Part shown: positions 45,190 through 54,565 of the stretch, piece by piece
Layout: every line of letters begins with the position of its first letter
Position numbering within the stretch: the first letter of the stretch is position 1
Assembly: GCA_037969075.1 (NCBI GenBank)
Contig: JBBKWS010000014.1
Coordinates: forward strand, 1-55,191
Length of the DNA stretch: 55,191 nucleotides
Direction of reading: 5' to 3'
Source: Bdellovibrionales bacterium
GTDB lineage: Bacteria > Bdellovibrionota > Bdellovibrionia > Bdellovibrionales > UBA840
Program-made: the position numbers and the translations under genes
The notes under the pieces: generated by a model
Told to the model about the DNA's origin: nothing
Databases searched by the model: none
Seen by the model: the letters and a program-made list of their open reading frames with translations, nothing else

Positions 45190-47685
45190 TTACATCTCAG
45201 TTTTAAGTAGTGAATGCGGTTTTTTGATAAAATCTTTTACCGTAAGTACTACCATCAATATAAAGCTAGTAAAAAACACAAGCCCACCTTGGATGGCAAC
45301 AGAAAACCAATCAAAAGTCCAGGCCCACTGAAAATAATGCACGACCAAAAGATAGGATAGCATACTACCTATAAGTATCCCGAGACCAACAGCATAGCTA
45401 AGGGAAATTCCGTATTCCAGCATACCCAATATAAATATTCGTCTAAATGAAAATCCAACTACTTTCATAATTTGAATATCAAATCTTCTGCGCTCCATAA
45501 AATGAACATAAATAGACAAGAAAATAAAGATGCCCATAATGATACAAAAGTACGACATTACCTGTAAAACAAATTCGAAGTCATTACTGATGTCCAGCAC
45601 TTTACTAATCACTCTTTCAAGATCTAAAATAGAAATATTAGAAAAATTTGATGAAACCTTATACTGTAAACCTCTTACGTCATCAATATTGTTAATTGTT
45701 GCTAAAAATGTCTTCGGGGCATCATTTAAAATTCCATCTTCGAATAAAACAAAAAAGTTTGGTTGAAAACTAAACCAATTAACAGAACGTAGGTTTACAA
45801 TCTCAGCTTTAATTTCAATGTCTTGAATATCAAAAGTTAAAATATCATGCAATTCAAGGCCCATGCGGTCAGCGAATCTTGATTCAATTGATACTTTTGG
45901 ATACACAGTTTTAGCTTCCTTAAAACTATTACCCGAAATGATTTCCTCAGCTTTACTTAATTCTTTACGATAAGAAAGATTGAACGCACGATTACGGAAC
46001 CTAGAGGCCTGCGATGCTTCTCTTGTGGTTTCTCTATCATCCAATTCTATAACTACATCTTTATCATTAACCTTTAAAAGTCTTGCCCTAATTAAGGGTG
46101 ATTCTTGCTGCAAACTAATGTTTTCAGTTTGTAAAAAATCTTTCAGCTCATCTAACTGAAAATCTTGAATATCAAATAAGAATAATCTAGGGCGATCTTC
46201 TGTTTGTTCTAATTGAGTCAATAAACTTGTTTTTAATGAGGGTAAAAAACTAAGCAATGTAAACCCAAAACTAAGCGAAATCATTAAAAATAAGTAGGTG
46301 GTTGAATTTCTATAAAAGTTGAGACTTATGTATTTTAAACCAGAGATACTCGTTCGCAGTGAATATAAAAAATAGAACCCTATTTTTAATAAAATATAAC
46401 TAATGACGAAAAAAATCAAAACAGAGGAAATAAATATTCCCGTAACAATCCAGGAGTTACTGGCGATAAAGCTGATTCCAGCAAAAAGAGTTACAAATAC
46501 AAAAAGAGCCAGTTTTGACATATTTAAATCTTGAAGATCGCCGCCCTGCTTTAGCAGGAATGAGGATTTAATATTTTTAATATTATGGCTATACATAAAA
46601 TGTGTAAGCAGCGAGAGCATCAACGAATAAATAAAAATAATATAGATTTTATCCCCATAGAATTCAAATTGTAGATCTTTGGCAATACCCTTCAACAGCC
46701 AAGGAGCAAACATCGGAAACAAAAAGTAGGTCACTATATAAGTTGTAATGGTCACTAGTATTGCTAAAACTAACATCTGGCTCATCCACAAACGATTAAT
46801 ATAATTAGGTCCAAAACCCAAACTTCTTAGTATCGCAATGTTTTGCAGCTGCTTTAAGAAATAATGTCTAAATAGATAAAGGGAGCCAAAGAAAGTCAGT
46901 AAAATTGTGACTATAGAAATTAGCCCCATATAATCTGTTAAATAGTCTAAAATCCTGGTGCTTTGCTCATTAACATTTTCTCTAGATCTAATCCGCACCG
47001 CGGGGTCATTGATTTTGTCTTTTAGGGCCTCTAGGACAACATTCAAATCTAATCCCTGCTTTAATCTAATTAACTCTTTTCTTGTTTCTGCGCTCATTGC
47101 ACCGATCAATCCAGACGTCTCTAAAACTGAGCTAGCTACAAATAACTTTGGCAATAGCGCAGTAAATGTTCCACCACTCTCATCATTGGTGACAACTCCT
47201 ACAATTTTTAAAGTTTTACTTCCAAGCCTTACCGTATCACCAATTACCGCACCCATCTGATCTAAAACCTCTTGATAGACAAGCACCTCATTGTTTTGAA
47301 TGCTCTCTCTCCATACTCCATTCATTGTTACTTCTAGATCACCAAATAGAGGATATTCTTTTTTGATGGCCACGGTTGATACAAGTAGGCTTCTGTTTTT
47401 AACTGTAATCATGACTGGAACTTCAATAACTTCTGTACTCTGCTCAGATATTTCGTTTATATATTTTATTACTTCTGGCTGCGACTCTAGCCACTTTCCA
47501 CGGGTACTTAAACTAATATCGCCGCCAAGCATAACCTGGCCCTTCTTCTCAATCCGCACCTCTATATTTTTTTGTACTACCTGTACAAAAAATATAGCAA
47601 ATAAAGCCAAGCTTACTTGCACCAAATAAAAACCAAAATGAGTAAAAAGATTTCTAAGCTGAAAAGACAAATGTTTAAAAAACAT
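45190..47685 (-). CDS. ybbP: FtsX-family ABC transporter permease with duplicated FtsX domains (YbbP-like, MacB/type VII architecture)
   Basis: 831 aa with two 4-TM blocks, each preceded by a large periplasmic domain. ATG/stop overlap with the ATPase gene. Same order as the E. coli ybbA-ybbP locus. Confidence 0.75.
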   Translation of the reverse strand: MFFKHLSFQLRNLFTHFGFYLVQVSLALFAIFFVQVVQKNIEVRIEKKGQVMLGGDISLSTRGKWLESQPEVIKYINEISEQSTEVIEVPVMITVKNRSLLVSTVAIKKEYPLFGDLEVTMNGVWRESIQNNEVLVYQEVLDQMGAVIGDTVRLGSKTLKIVGVVTNDESGGTFTALLPKLFVASSVLETSGLIGAMSAETRKELIRLKQGLDLNVVLEALKDKINDPAVRIRSRENVNEQSTRILDYLTDYMGLISIVTILLTFFGSLYLFRHYFLKQLQNIAILRSLGFGPNYINRLWMSQMLVLAILVTITTYIVTYFLFPMFAPWLLKGIAKDLQFEFYGDKIYIIFIYSLMLSLLTHFMYSHNIKNIKSSFLLKQGGDLQDLNMSKLALFVFVTLFAGISFIASNSWIVTGIFISSVLIFFVISYILLKIGFYFLYSLRTSISGLKYISLNFYRNSTTYLFLMISLSFGFTLLSFLPSLKTSLLTQLEQTEDRPRLFLFDIQDFQLDELKDFLQTENISLQQESPLIRARLLKVNDKDVVIELDDRETTREASQASRFRNRAFNLSYRKELSKAEEIISGNSFKEAKTVYPKVSIESRFADRMGLELHDILTFDIQDIEIKAEIVNLRSVNWFSFQPNFFVLFEDGILNDAPKTFLATINNIDDVRGLQYKVSSNFSNISILDLERVISKVLDISNDFEFVLQVMSYFCIIMGIFIFLSIYVHFMERRRFDIQIMKVVGFSFRRIFILGMLEYGISLSYAVGLGILIGSMLSYLLVVHYFQWAWTFDWFSVAIQGGLVFFTSFILMVVLTVKDFIKKPHSLLKTEM

Positions 47686-48338
47686 TAGACCAACTTACCC
47701 TGGTCAAGGTGCAACATTCTCTGACTGCGGGCCGCCAGATCATTATCATGAGTCACCAAAATAAAAGTAGTTTTTTGCTCATCCACTAATGAAAACAGTA
47801 AATCCATGACTTGTTTCCCAGTTTCGCGGTCTAAATTTCCACTTGGCTCATCTGCTATTAATAGATTTGGCTTTACCACTAATGCTCTGGCTATAGCCAC
47901 TCTCTGAGACTCACCGCCACTTAACTGGTGCGGAAAATGATTCATCCTCTCATTTAAGCCAACTTTTTGCAAAATTGAGATCACCCTTTCTCGGTCAGAG
48001 ATATTCTTAGCATCAAGTGCTAATTCAACATTTTCTAGAGCCGTTAAGTACGGAATTAAATAAAAACTTTGAAACACTATGCCAACATGCTCTGATCTAA
48101 ACTTACTTAACTCATCTTCTGACATAGAGTTAATGACTTGATTGTTAATCATTACCTGCCCACTATCTGGCAAATCTAGGCCACTAAGTAGTGAAAGTAA
48201 GGTAGTTTTACCACTTCCACTAGGCCCTAAAATAGAGATGCTCTCACCTTTTTTTACCTGTAAGTCCAGATCTTTTAGGATTGATACAACTCCCTTTCCC
48301 GCGGAAAATGACTTACTCACCTTATCAAGTGTTATCAT
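47685..48338 (-). CDS. ybbA: ABC transporter ATP-binding protein (YbbA/LolD-like)
   Basis: Walker A GPSGSGKTT, signature LSGGESQRVAIARAL, Walker B LLIADEPSGNLD. Confidence 0.85.
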   Translation of the reverse strand: MITLDKVSKSFSAGKGVVSILKDLDLQVKKGESISILGPSGSGKTTLLSLLSGLDLPDSGQVMINNQVINSMSEDELSKFRSEHVGIVFQSFYLIPYLTALENVELALDAKNISDRERVISILQKVGLNERMNHFPHQLSGGESQRVAIARALVVKPNLLIADEPSGNLDRETGKQVMDLLFSLVDEQKTTFILVTHDNDLAARSQRMLHLDQGKLV

Positions 48339-48937
48339 AAAAGACCTTTGAAGGTAGAAAACAATTTTTCTGCCATTATTTTATGTCCATTTTCATTAGG
48401 GTGTATCCCATCACTTAAATTAAGGCCTTTTTCACCAGCCACACCGTCTAACAAAAATGGAATTAGTAAGATATCTTTATCTGTGCTTACATCCTTAAAA
48501 GCAGACTCGAATTCTTTAGTATATTGTTTTCCATAGTTTTGTGGCATCTTCATGCCGGCAACCACTACCTTCAAATTTTTAGACTTTGCATAGGTTATTA
48601 TGTTTTTTAGATTTTCTTTTAACTTGTCCACTGATTGGCCTCTTAAGCCATCATTTGCTCCTAGAGCGATAAAAACTAAACTAGCCGATTGCCTTAAATG
48701 CCACTTTAACCTCGATAACCCACTAGCTGAAGTTGAGCCACTGATACCTGCATTAATAATTTTAATCTGTTTATCTGAGGCACTGCTTTTTAGAAATGTA
48801 TTTAGCTTTTTTTCTATCAGTGATGGATATGCATTTTCTTTAGAAATGCCGTAGCCTTCAGTGATTGAATCTCCTAAAAAAATCCAGCGCTCTGTTGCCG
48901 CCGAAAAACTAAGTGTAATAAATAATAAAATCCACAT
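48335..48937 (-). CDS. tesA: secreted SGNH/GDSL hydrolase (TesA-type arylesterase/thioesterase I)
   Basis: Signal peptide, then the four SGNH blocks: FLGDSITEGYG, NAGISGSTS, LGANDG and DGIHPN. Confidence 0.85.
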   Translation of the reverse strand: MWILLFITLSFSAATERWIFLGDSITEGYGISKENAYPSLIEKKLNTFLKSSASDKQIKIINAGISGSTSASGLSRLKWHLRQSASLVFIALGANDGLRGQSVDKLKENLKNIITYAKSKNLKVVVAGMKMPQNYGKQYTKEFESAFKDVSTDKDILLIPFLLDGVAGEKGLNLSDGIHPNENGHKIMAEKLFSTFKGLL

Positions 48938-49124
48938 AGACGAAGGATAACAAAGCTTTCAAAAAACATATAGTAAAATGCCATTTGATTTACCTTAAAC
49001 AGCTTAGTTTATAAGCGCAAAAGGGCGATATTACGTTGCCATCTCATTTTTTTTACATAAACATAAAAGAGAGTTTTTAGTGCTTCTGCTAAAAACATTA
49101 TGTTACGTATATGTGAGGTAATCA

Positions 49125-49646
49125 ATGCGCTTGTTATGGTTAGATATGGAAATGACCGGTTTAGATGTTCACCGTGAGAGAATCATTGAGGTAGCCTGCA
49201 TTGCTAGTGGCAAGGACTGGGAAGAGTTAGAAACATATCACGCCGTTGTTTTTCAAGAGCAAAGCTTTATTGATGGAATGGATGAGTGGAACCGTAAACA
49301 GCATGGCGGTACCGGCTTAACAGAACTGATCGCAACAGGAAAAGATCAAGCCATTACAGAACAAGAAATTATCGCTTTTATTAATAAACATTGGGACAAA
49401 AAAGAACGTCCTATCTTAGCAGGAAACTCTATCCACCAGGATCGCAAGTTTATAGAAAAGTACATGCCACTGTTGGATGAAAGATTACATTACCGTATGC
49501 TTGACGTTAGCGGATTTAAAATCATTTTTGATGGGCTCCATAATATTAAATACAAAAAGCGAGAGAGTCATAGGGCTTTGGATGATGTCAGAGAGAGTTT
49601 AAACGAGCTCAAATATTTTTTACAGTACATTAAGCCTAATAATTAA
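49125..49646 (+). CDS. orn: oligoribonuclease
   Basis: LLWLDMEMTGLD...IIEVACI (ExoI), AGNSIHQDRKFI (ExoII), HRALDDVRESL (ExoIII). 173 aa. Confidence 0.9.
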   Translation: MRLLWLDMEMTGLDVHRERIIEVACIASGKDWEELETYHAVVFQEQSFIDGMDEWNRKQHGGTGLTELIATGKDQAITEQEIIAFINKHWDKKERPILAGNSIHQDRKFIEKYMPLLDERLHYRMLDVSGFKIIFDGLHNIKYKKRESHRALDDVRESLNELKYFLQYIKPNN

Positions 49647-49683
49647 GGGCTTATTATCAGGATAAAACTGTTACTCGGGCAAT

Positions 49684-49712
49684 AAAAAACCACGCTTATA
49701 GCGTGGTTTTTT
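49684..49712. terminator. bidirectional Rho-independent terminator between orn and ahcY
   Basis: aaaaaaCCACGCttataGCGTGGtttttt: stem 49690-49695 / 49701-49706. Confidence 0.8.
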
Positions 49713-49737
49713 ATTTTATTAACAAGACTAATGCTAA

Positions 49738-51123
49738 CTAGTAACGATAATGATCCGGCTTATATGGGCCATTTTTATCAAAACCAAGATACTTCAATTG
49801 TTTATCAGATAGCTTGCTTAACTTCACACCAATTTGGCCTAGGTGAAGGGCTGCTACCTTCTCATCAAGCTCTTTTGGCAGTCTATACACAGCCACTTCT
49901 TTGTATTTCTTAGGCTCTGTAAATAAATCAATCTGAGCAAGCACTTGATTTGTAAATGAATTACTCATCACAAATGATGGGTGACCAGTAGCACAACCAA
50001 GGTTTACCAAACGACCTTCTGCTAATAGAATTATTTTATTACCGTTCTTTAACTCATGCTCATCTACTTGAGGCTTAATAGTTACTTTTTTAGAATTCTT
50101 TTTCAACCATGCTACATCAATCTCAATATCAAAATGCCCAATATTACAAACGATCGCGTTGTCTTTCATTTTTGTAAAATGCTTTTCAGTAATGATGTCG
50201 CAGCAACCAGTTGTAGTAACAAAAATGTCAGCCATACTTGCGGCTTCTTCCATTGTTGTAACTTGGTAACCTTCCATCGCAGCTTGCAGAGCACATATTG
50301 GATCAATCTCAGTAATTAAAACTCTAGCCCCGTAGTTACGAAGTGACGCTGCAGAACCTTTGCCCACGTCGCCGTACCCAGCCACTACGCAAACTTTACC
50401 AGCTAGCATTACATCAGTCGCACGCTTAAGAGCGTCCGCTAAAGACTCACGACAGCCGTACAAATTATCAAATTTTGATTTAGTAACTGAGTCGTTAACG
50501 TTGATTGCTGGAATTTTTAAAAGACCCTTCATCAACATTTTCTCTAAATTGTGTACCCCAGTTGTTGTTTCTTCAGATACACCTATAATCTTTTTAAGAA
50601 CGGGCGCGTAGCGTTTTTCATGCATAATGTTGGTTAAATCACCGCCGTCATCAAGGATTAAATTGTAGCCTTCATCTCCCCAACCATCGACACTTTGTTC
50701 AATACACCAGTTATATTCTTCTTCTGTTTCACCTTTCCAGGCAAATACAGGCACTCCAGTAGCCGCAATCGCACACGCTGCGTGATCTTGTGTCGAAAAT
50801 ATATTGCAAGATGACCAACGTACCTGCGCACCGATAGCAGTTAGAGTCTCTATTAACACAGCCGTTTGAATTGTCATGTGTAGACAGCCAGTGATTCTAG
50901 CGCCCTTTAGTGGCTTTGACTTACCAAACTCTTTACGAAGAGCCATTAGACCTGGCATTTCTTTTTCAGCAATTTCGATTTCTTTGCGGCCCCAAATAGC
51001 CAATTCTTCAAATTTTTTCGGATCATTCATCGCTTCTTTACAAACGCGGTAGTCCACGGTCGCTTTTGCTTTTTTATTAGTTTTAGACATAGTAGTTCCT
51101 ACGGTAGAATTTCGAGTTTGCAT
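49738..51123 (-). CDS. ahcY: adenosylhomocysteinase
   Basis: [20 protein letters not shown]-binding [12 protein letters not shown] and GHFDIEID motifs. Strong SD AAGGAGtcttaATG. Confidence 0.9.
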   Translation of the reverse strand: MQTRNSTVGTTMSKTNKKAKATVDYRVCKEAMNDPKKFEELAIWGRKEIEIAEKEMPGLMALRKEFGKSKPLKGARITGCLHMTIQTAVLIETLTAIGAQVRWSSCNIFSTQDHAACAIAATGVPVFAWKGETEEEYNWCIEQSVDGWGDEGYNLILDDGGDLTNIMHEKRYAPVLKKIIGVSEETTTGVHNLEKMLMKGLLKIPAINVNDSVTKSKFDNLYGCRESLADALKRATDVMLAGKVCVVAGYGDVGKGSAASLRNYGARVLITEIDPICALQAAMEGYQVTTMEEAASMADIFVTTTGCCDIITEKHFTKMKDNAIVCNIGHFDIEIDVAWLKKNSKKVTIKPQVDEHELKNGNKIILLAEGRLVNLGCATGHPSFVMSNSFTNQVLAQIDLFTEPKKYKEVAVYRLPKELDEKVAALHLGQIGVKLSKLSDKQLKYLGFDKNGPYKPDHYRY

Positions 51124-51153
51124 TAAGACTCCTTATATTTTGGTCAGCTCTGA

Positions 51154-51182
51154 AAATTACTGGATATGTTGATTAGTGTCAA
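51154..51182 (-). promoter_or_regulatory. sigma-70-type promoter for ahcY
   Basis: Minus strand: TTGACA-N17-TAATTT (TTGACA = complement of 51177-51182, TAATTT = complement of 51154-51159), about 30 nt upstream of the ahcY ATG. Confidence 0.45.
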
Positions 51183-51272
51183 ATCCGTTTGAAAGATTAT
51201 ATGCTCATTCTTGTCTTATTTTATCTAGGGCCTCGCATTAACTCATATACATAGCATTTAAAGCTTCTCGGT

Positions 51273-52028
51273 CTAACAGATTGTTAAAATCCTGGCACCT
51301 TCATCAGTGATGAGCACTGTATGTTCAAACTGCGCGGTTAAGCTGCTGTCCCCTGTAGTGTACCATTTAATACTAGAATCAGAGATATCATGTTCTAAAA
51401 TGGGCACGTCCGTTTCGTTAATCATTGGCTCTACAGTAATACATGTCCACTTTTTTAATATATCCCCCTTACCTTTTTTTCCATGAGATGGCACAAATGG
51501 GTCCTGATGAAAAGCCGTACCTATACCGTGTCCACCTATCTCGTGAACGACATAATAGCCCCGACGAGTAACGTATTTATTAATGGCAAAACCTATGTCC
51601 CCTGTGGTTGCCCCAGTTTTTACTTCAGCAATTCCTTTTAGCATGGCCTTTTCGGCGCAATCAGTAATGTCTTTTGCTTTATCACTTACATTGCCAATAA
51701 AATATGTACGAGAAGTATCACCATAAAAACCGTTATAAATAACAGTGACATCTAAATTCATGATGTCTCCATCTTTTAAAACCGTTTTATCAGGGACACC
51801 GTGGCATATAATTTCGTTTACAGAAGTACACACTGATTTAGGAAAGCCATGATAATTTAAAGGAGCAGGAATCGCTCCACGAGAGAGTATGTAATCATGT
51901 ACAATTTTATCGATTTCGTTAGTACTTATGCCAGCCTTTATATACGGCTGGGCAAATTTTAAAGTTTCTGCCGCCATCTTACCTGCGACTTCCATTCCTC
52001 TGATGTGATTAGCAATTTCTGGTGTCAT
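51273..52028 (-). CDS. map: type I methionine aminopeptidase
   Basis: Pita-bread metal ligands in context: LDVTVIYNGFYGDTSRT, HEIGGHGIG, ITVEPM and FEHTVLIT. Confidence 0.9.
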   Translation of the reverse strand: MTPEIANHIRGMEVAGKMAAETLKFAQPYIKAGISTNEIDKIVHDYILSRGAIPAPLNYHGFPKSVCTSVNEIICHGVPDKTVLKDGDIMNLDVTVIYNGFYGDTSRTYFIGNVSDKAKDITDCAEKAMLKGIAEVKTGATTGDIGFAINKYVTRRGYYVVHEIGGHGIGTAFHQDPFVPSHGKKGKGDILKKWTCITVEPMINETDVPILEHDISDSSIKWYTTGDSSLTAQFEHTVLITDEGARILTIC

Positions 52029-52043
52029 AGATTCTTAGTAACA

Positions 52044-52514
52044 TTAAACAAATTCAACGGCAAGGATCTCTAAAAAGGTCTCGCCTCTAGGAAGTAATAT
52101 TTTTACTTCATCCCCAACACACTTACCCAGTAAGGCCTTACCAACTGGGGACTTCCACGAAATCATCCCGCGATCTGGATCTATCTCGTCTTCACCCACG
52201 ATTTGAAAGGTTTTTTGTTGCCCCTCTTCATCTTCTACTTTAATGGTTGCAGAAAATAGAGCTTTGTCGGCCTTTAAGCTTTTAGGGTCCACTACTTCGG
52301 CATCTTCAAGTCGTCCTTTAAGATACCTGATACGACGGTCTATTTCTCGTAGACGTTTTTTACCATAAAGATAATCCCCGTTTTCAGATCTATCGCCATT
52401 ACTGGCAGCCCACGACACTACGTCTACAACCTTAGGTCTTTCAACATTTAGCAGTTCATTAAATTCTACGCGTAGGCGCGCAAAACCATTTTTAGTTATA
52501 TAATTTTTTGCCAT
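52044..52514 (-). CDS. greB: transcription elongation factor GreB
   Basis: [41 protein letters not shown] closely parallels E. coli GreB ([31 protein letters not shown]). Confidence 0.85.
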   Translation of the reverse strand: [156 protein letters not shown]

Positions 52515-52852
52515 TATTTTTTCTTTGTTAGGTTTCTTGCACGACCCAATAGGTAGCGATACACAAACAGTATCAAGGCCACATCATCACCAAAACCAAT
52601 TAATGGTGTAATATCAGGAATTAGATCGAACGGATTAATAAAATATAGAAGTGTTCCAATGACAATAGCTTTATCTTTGCCCTTTAGGGTGCCTGATACA
52701 AATAGATCATAAAGCTCTTCTAGCTCACCTAAAATTTTAAGCTTATGCTTATTCTTATCTTTATAAGAAGCAAAGTTCTTTTTGACCGCATCTTCATTTT
52801 CGGGTTTTTGTCCTTCGCGGATTAGATCTTCAATTTTAGGCTTATCACTCAT
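52514..52852 (-). CDS. DUF1232 (YkvA-family) membrane protein
   Basis: INPFDLIPDITPLIGFGDDVALILFV is the DUF1232 core motif. Confidence 0.7.
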   Translation of the reverse strand: MSDKPKIEDLIREGQKPENEDAVKKNFASYKDKNKHKLKILGELEELYDLFVSGTLKGKDKAIVIGTLLYFINPFDLIPDITPLIGFGDDVALILFVYRYLLGRARNLTKKK

Positions 52853-52854
52853 AA

Positions 52855-53061
52855 TTATCTCACTATATCTTGTGGAGTATATATCACATTCGGTTCAATA
52901 TGTGTACAATTTTGATATTGCAATAACGTGAGCAGTAAAAACCAAGAGCAGCCGCTAACAAAACTACGTCGATACTGAGGAAACTGAACGCGAAAAATCA
53001 TCAGTAAAATCAATATAAGTGGAGTAAAAAAAAGCATCCATGCCATATTAAAAGAATACAT
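52855..53061 (-). CDS. small hypothetical membrane protein (68 aa)
   Basis: Two hydrophobic segments. Its stop lies 2 nt before the DUF1232 gene start. No family recognised, so coding status is uncertain. Confidence 0.35.
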   Translation of the reverse strand: MYSFNMAWMLFFTPLILILLMIFRVQFPQYRRSFVSGCSWFLLLTLLQYQNCTHIEPNVIYTPQDIVR

Positions 53062-53093
53062 ACTTCCTTGTGCATCAACTAGCCTTCGTTCTC

Positions 53094-53122
53094 TTGCTAT
53101 AGATAAACTAGACTGCTAGAAT
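53094..53122 (+). promoter_or_regulatory. sigma-70-type promoter predicting a leaderless pyrC mRNA
   Basis: TTGCTA-N17-TAGAAT, followed by 6 nt (agccgc) and then the ATG at 53129. No SD. Confidence 0.45.
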
Positions 53123-53128
53123 AGCCGC

Positions 53129-54454
53129 ATGGATATTTTATTAAAAGATGCTCTGGTTTTTCATGACGGTGAATTTAAGGCCTTACACATAGGAATTCTA
53201 AAAGATAAAATAGAATATCTCGGCAAAGATGTAAAACCTGCCAATCAAGTCATTGATTGCAAAGGTTTGCATATTTTACCTGGGGCGATCGATACGCAAG
53301 TACACTTTCGCGAACCAGGCTTAACACAAAAAGAAACCATCGCTAGCGGAACAAAATCCGCCCTCTTTGGTGGGATCACTGGTATTTTTGAAATGCCAAA
53401 TACAAAGCCACCTACAACGGATGTTTTTGCACTTAAAGAAAAACTTGAAATAGCTCAGAATACAGCTTTTGTTGATTACGCCTTTTATGCAGGAGCAACG
53501 CAAGAAAACCTAAAGCAACTTATAGCAATGGAAGCTATACCTGGATGCTCTGGAATCAAAATATTTATGGGTAGCTCTACCGGCTCACTTTTACTTTACG
53601 ACGAAGAGCACCTTAAAGAAATACTTTCAAATACATCTTCAACCATTGCCATACATGCAGAAGATGAAGACCGGATGAATAGTCGAAAAGACATCGCCAT
53701 TTTAGCAAAACACCCAAGAGCTCATCCCGAATGGCGAGATGTGCAATCGGCACTTTTGGCTACTGAGAAAATTTTAAGACTAGCCAAAGAATGCCACAGG
53801 AAAGTTCATGTTTTACATATAACTACTAAAGAAGAAATTCATCTCTTACGCCACTTCAGAGATGTTTCAACTTTTGAGATTACGCCACAACATTTATACC
53901 TAGAAGCCCCCGCCTGTTACGAAGATTTAGGAACCTATGCGCAAATGAACCCACCCATTCGCACAAAAGAGCATCAAGATGCTTTATGGATGGCAGTTCG
54001 CGAGGGCCTTTGTGACGTCATAGGGTCTGACCATGCTCCCCATACAATAGAAGAAAAAGCTAAACCTTATCCAGAGAGTCCATCGGGAATGCCTGGTGTT
54101 CAAACCATATTACCTCTACTTTTAAATGCAGCAAATCTGCAAAAAATTTCATTAGAACGGGTTGTTGAGTTGATATGTGTAAATCCAATTAAAAAGTTTG
54201 GCATTACCTCTAGAAATCTTATTATTGAGGGTGGAGACGCTACATTTAGCATCGTTGATATGCAAAAAAAATGGACCATAAAAAAAGATTGGTTACAATC
54301 AAAGGTAGGCTGGAGTCCATTTGAAAACAAATCTATCACCGGCTACCCAACTGGTGTCATTTTGCATGGATCACTTTGTCTGTGGGATAATCAAATTCAT
54401 AATGCTAAAGCAGCGCAAAAATTAGTCTTCAAACACAATCAAAAAGAAATCTAA
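53129..54454 (+). CDS. pyrC: dihydroorotase (class I, allantoinase-like)
   Basis: DTQVHFREPG, IKIFMG, IHAEDE, HVLHITT and GSDHAPH metal-ligand motifs. 441 aa. Confidence 0.85.
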   Translation: MDILLKDALVFHDGEFKALHIGILKDKIEYLGKDVKPANQVIDCKGLHILPGAIDTQVHFREPGLTQKETIASGTKSALFGGITGIFEMPNTKPPTTDVFALKEKLEIAQNTAFVDYAFYAGATQENLKQLIAMEAIPGCSGIKIFMGSSTGSLLLYDEEHLKEILSNTSSTIAIHAEDEDRMNSRKDIAILAKHPRAHPEWRDVQSALLATEKILRLAKECHRKVHVLHITTKEEIHLLRHFRDVSTFEITPQHLYLEAPACYEDLGTYAQMNPPIRTKEHQDALWMAVREGLCDVIGSDHAPHTIEEKAKPYPESPSGMPGVQTILPLLLNAANLQKISLERVVELICVNPIKKFGITSRNLIIEGGDATFSIVDMQKKWTIKKDWLQSKVGWSPFENKSITGYPTGVILHGSLCLWDNQIHNAKAAQKLVFKHNQKEI

Positions 54455-54565
54455 TCATTTTCTAACACAGAGTTTGAGTACAAAAATGACGTGCAGTATT
54501 AGGCTTTACATCTAGTTTATTTTGTAAATACTATACCCCAGGGAACAATTTCAGGGGGAATACAA

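Noticed and set aside
49075-49098. AT-rich hairpin GTTTTTAG-tgcttctg-CTAAAAAC upstream of orn
   Set aside because: The 8-bp stem has only two G-C pairs, there is no U-tract and no partner motif. This could easily arise by chance in AT-rich DNA.
51124-51272. Possible SAH riboswitch upstream of ahcY
   Set aside because: The leader after the predicted promoter is only about 30 nt. It is AT-rich and has none of the GC-rich pseudoknot elements of SAH riboswitches.
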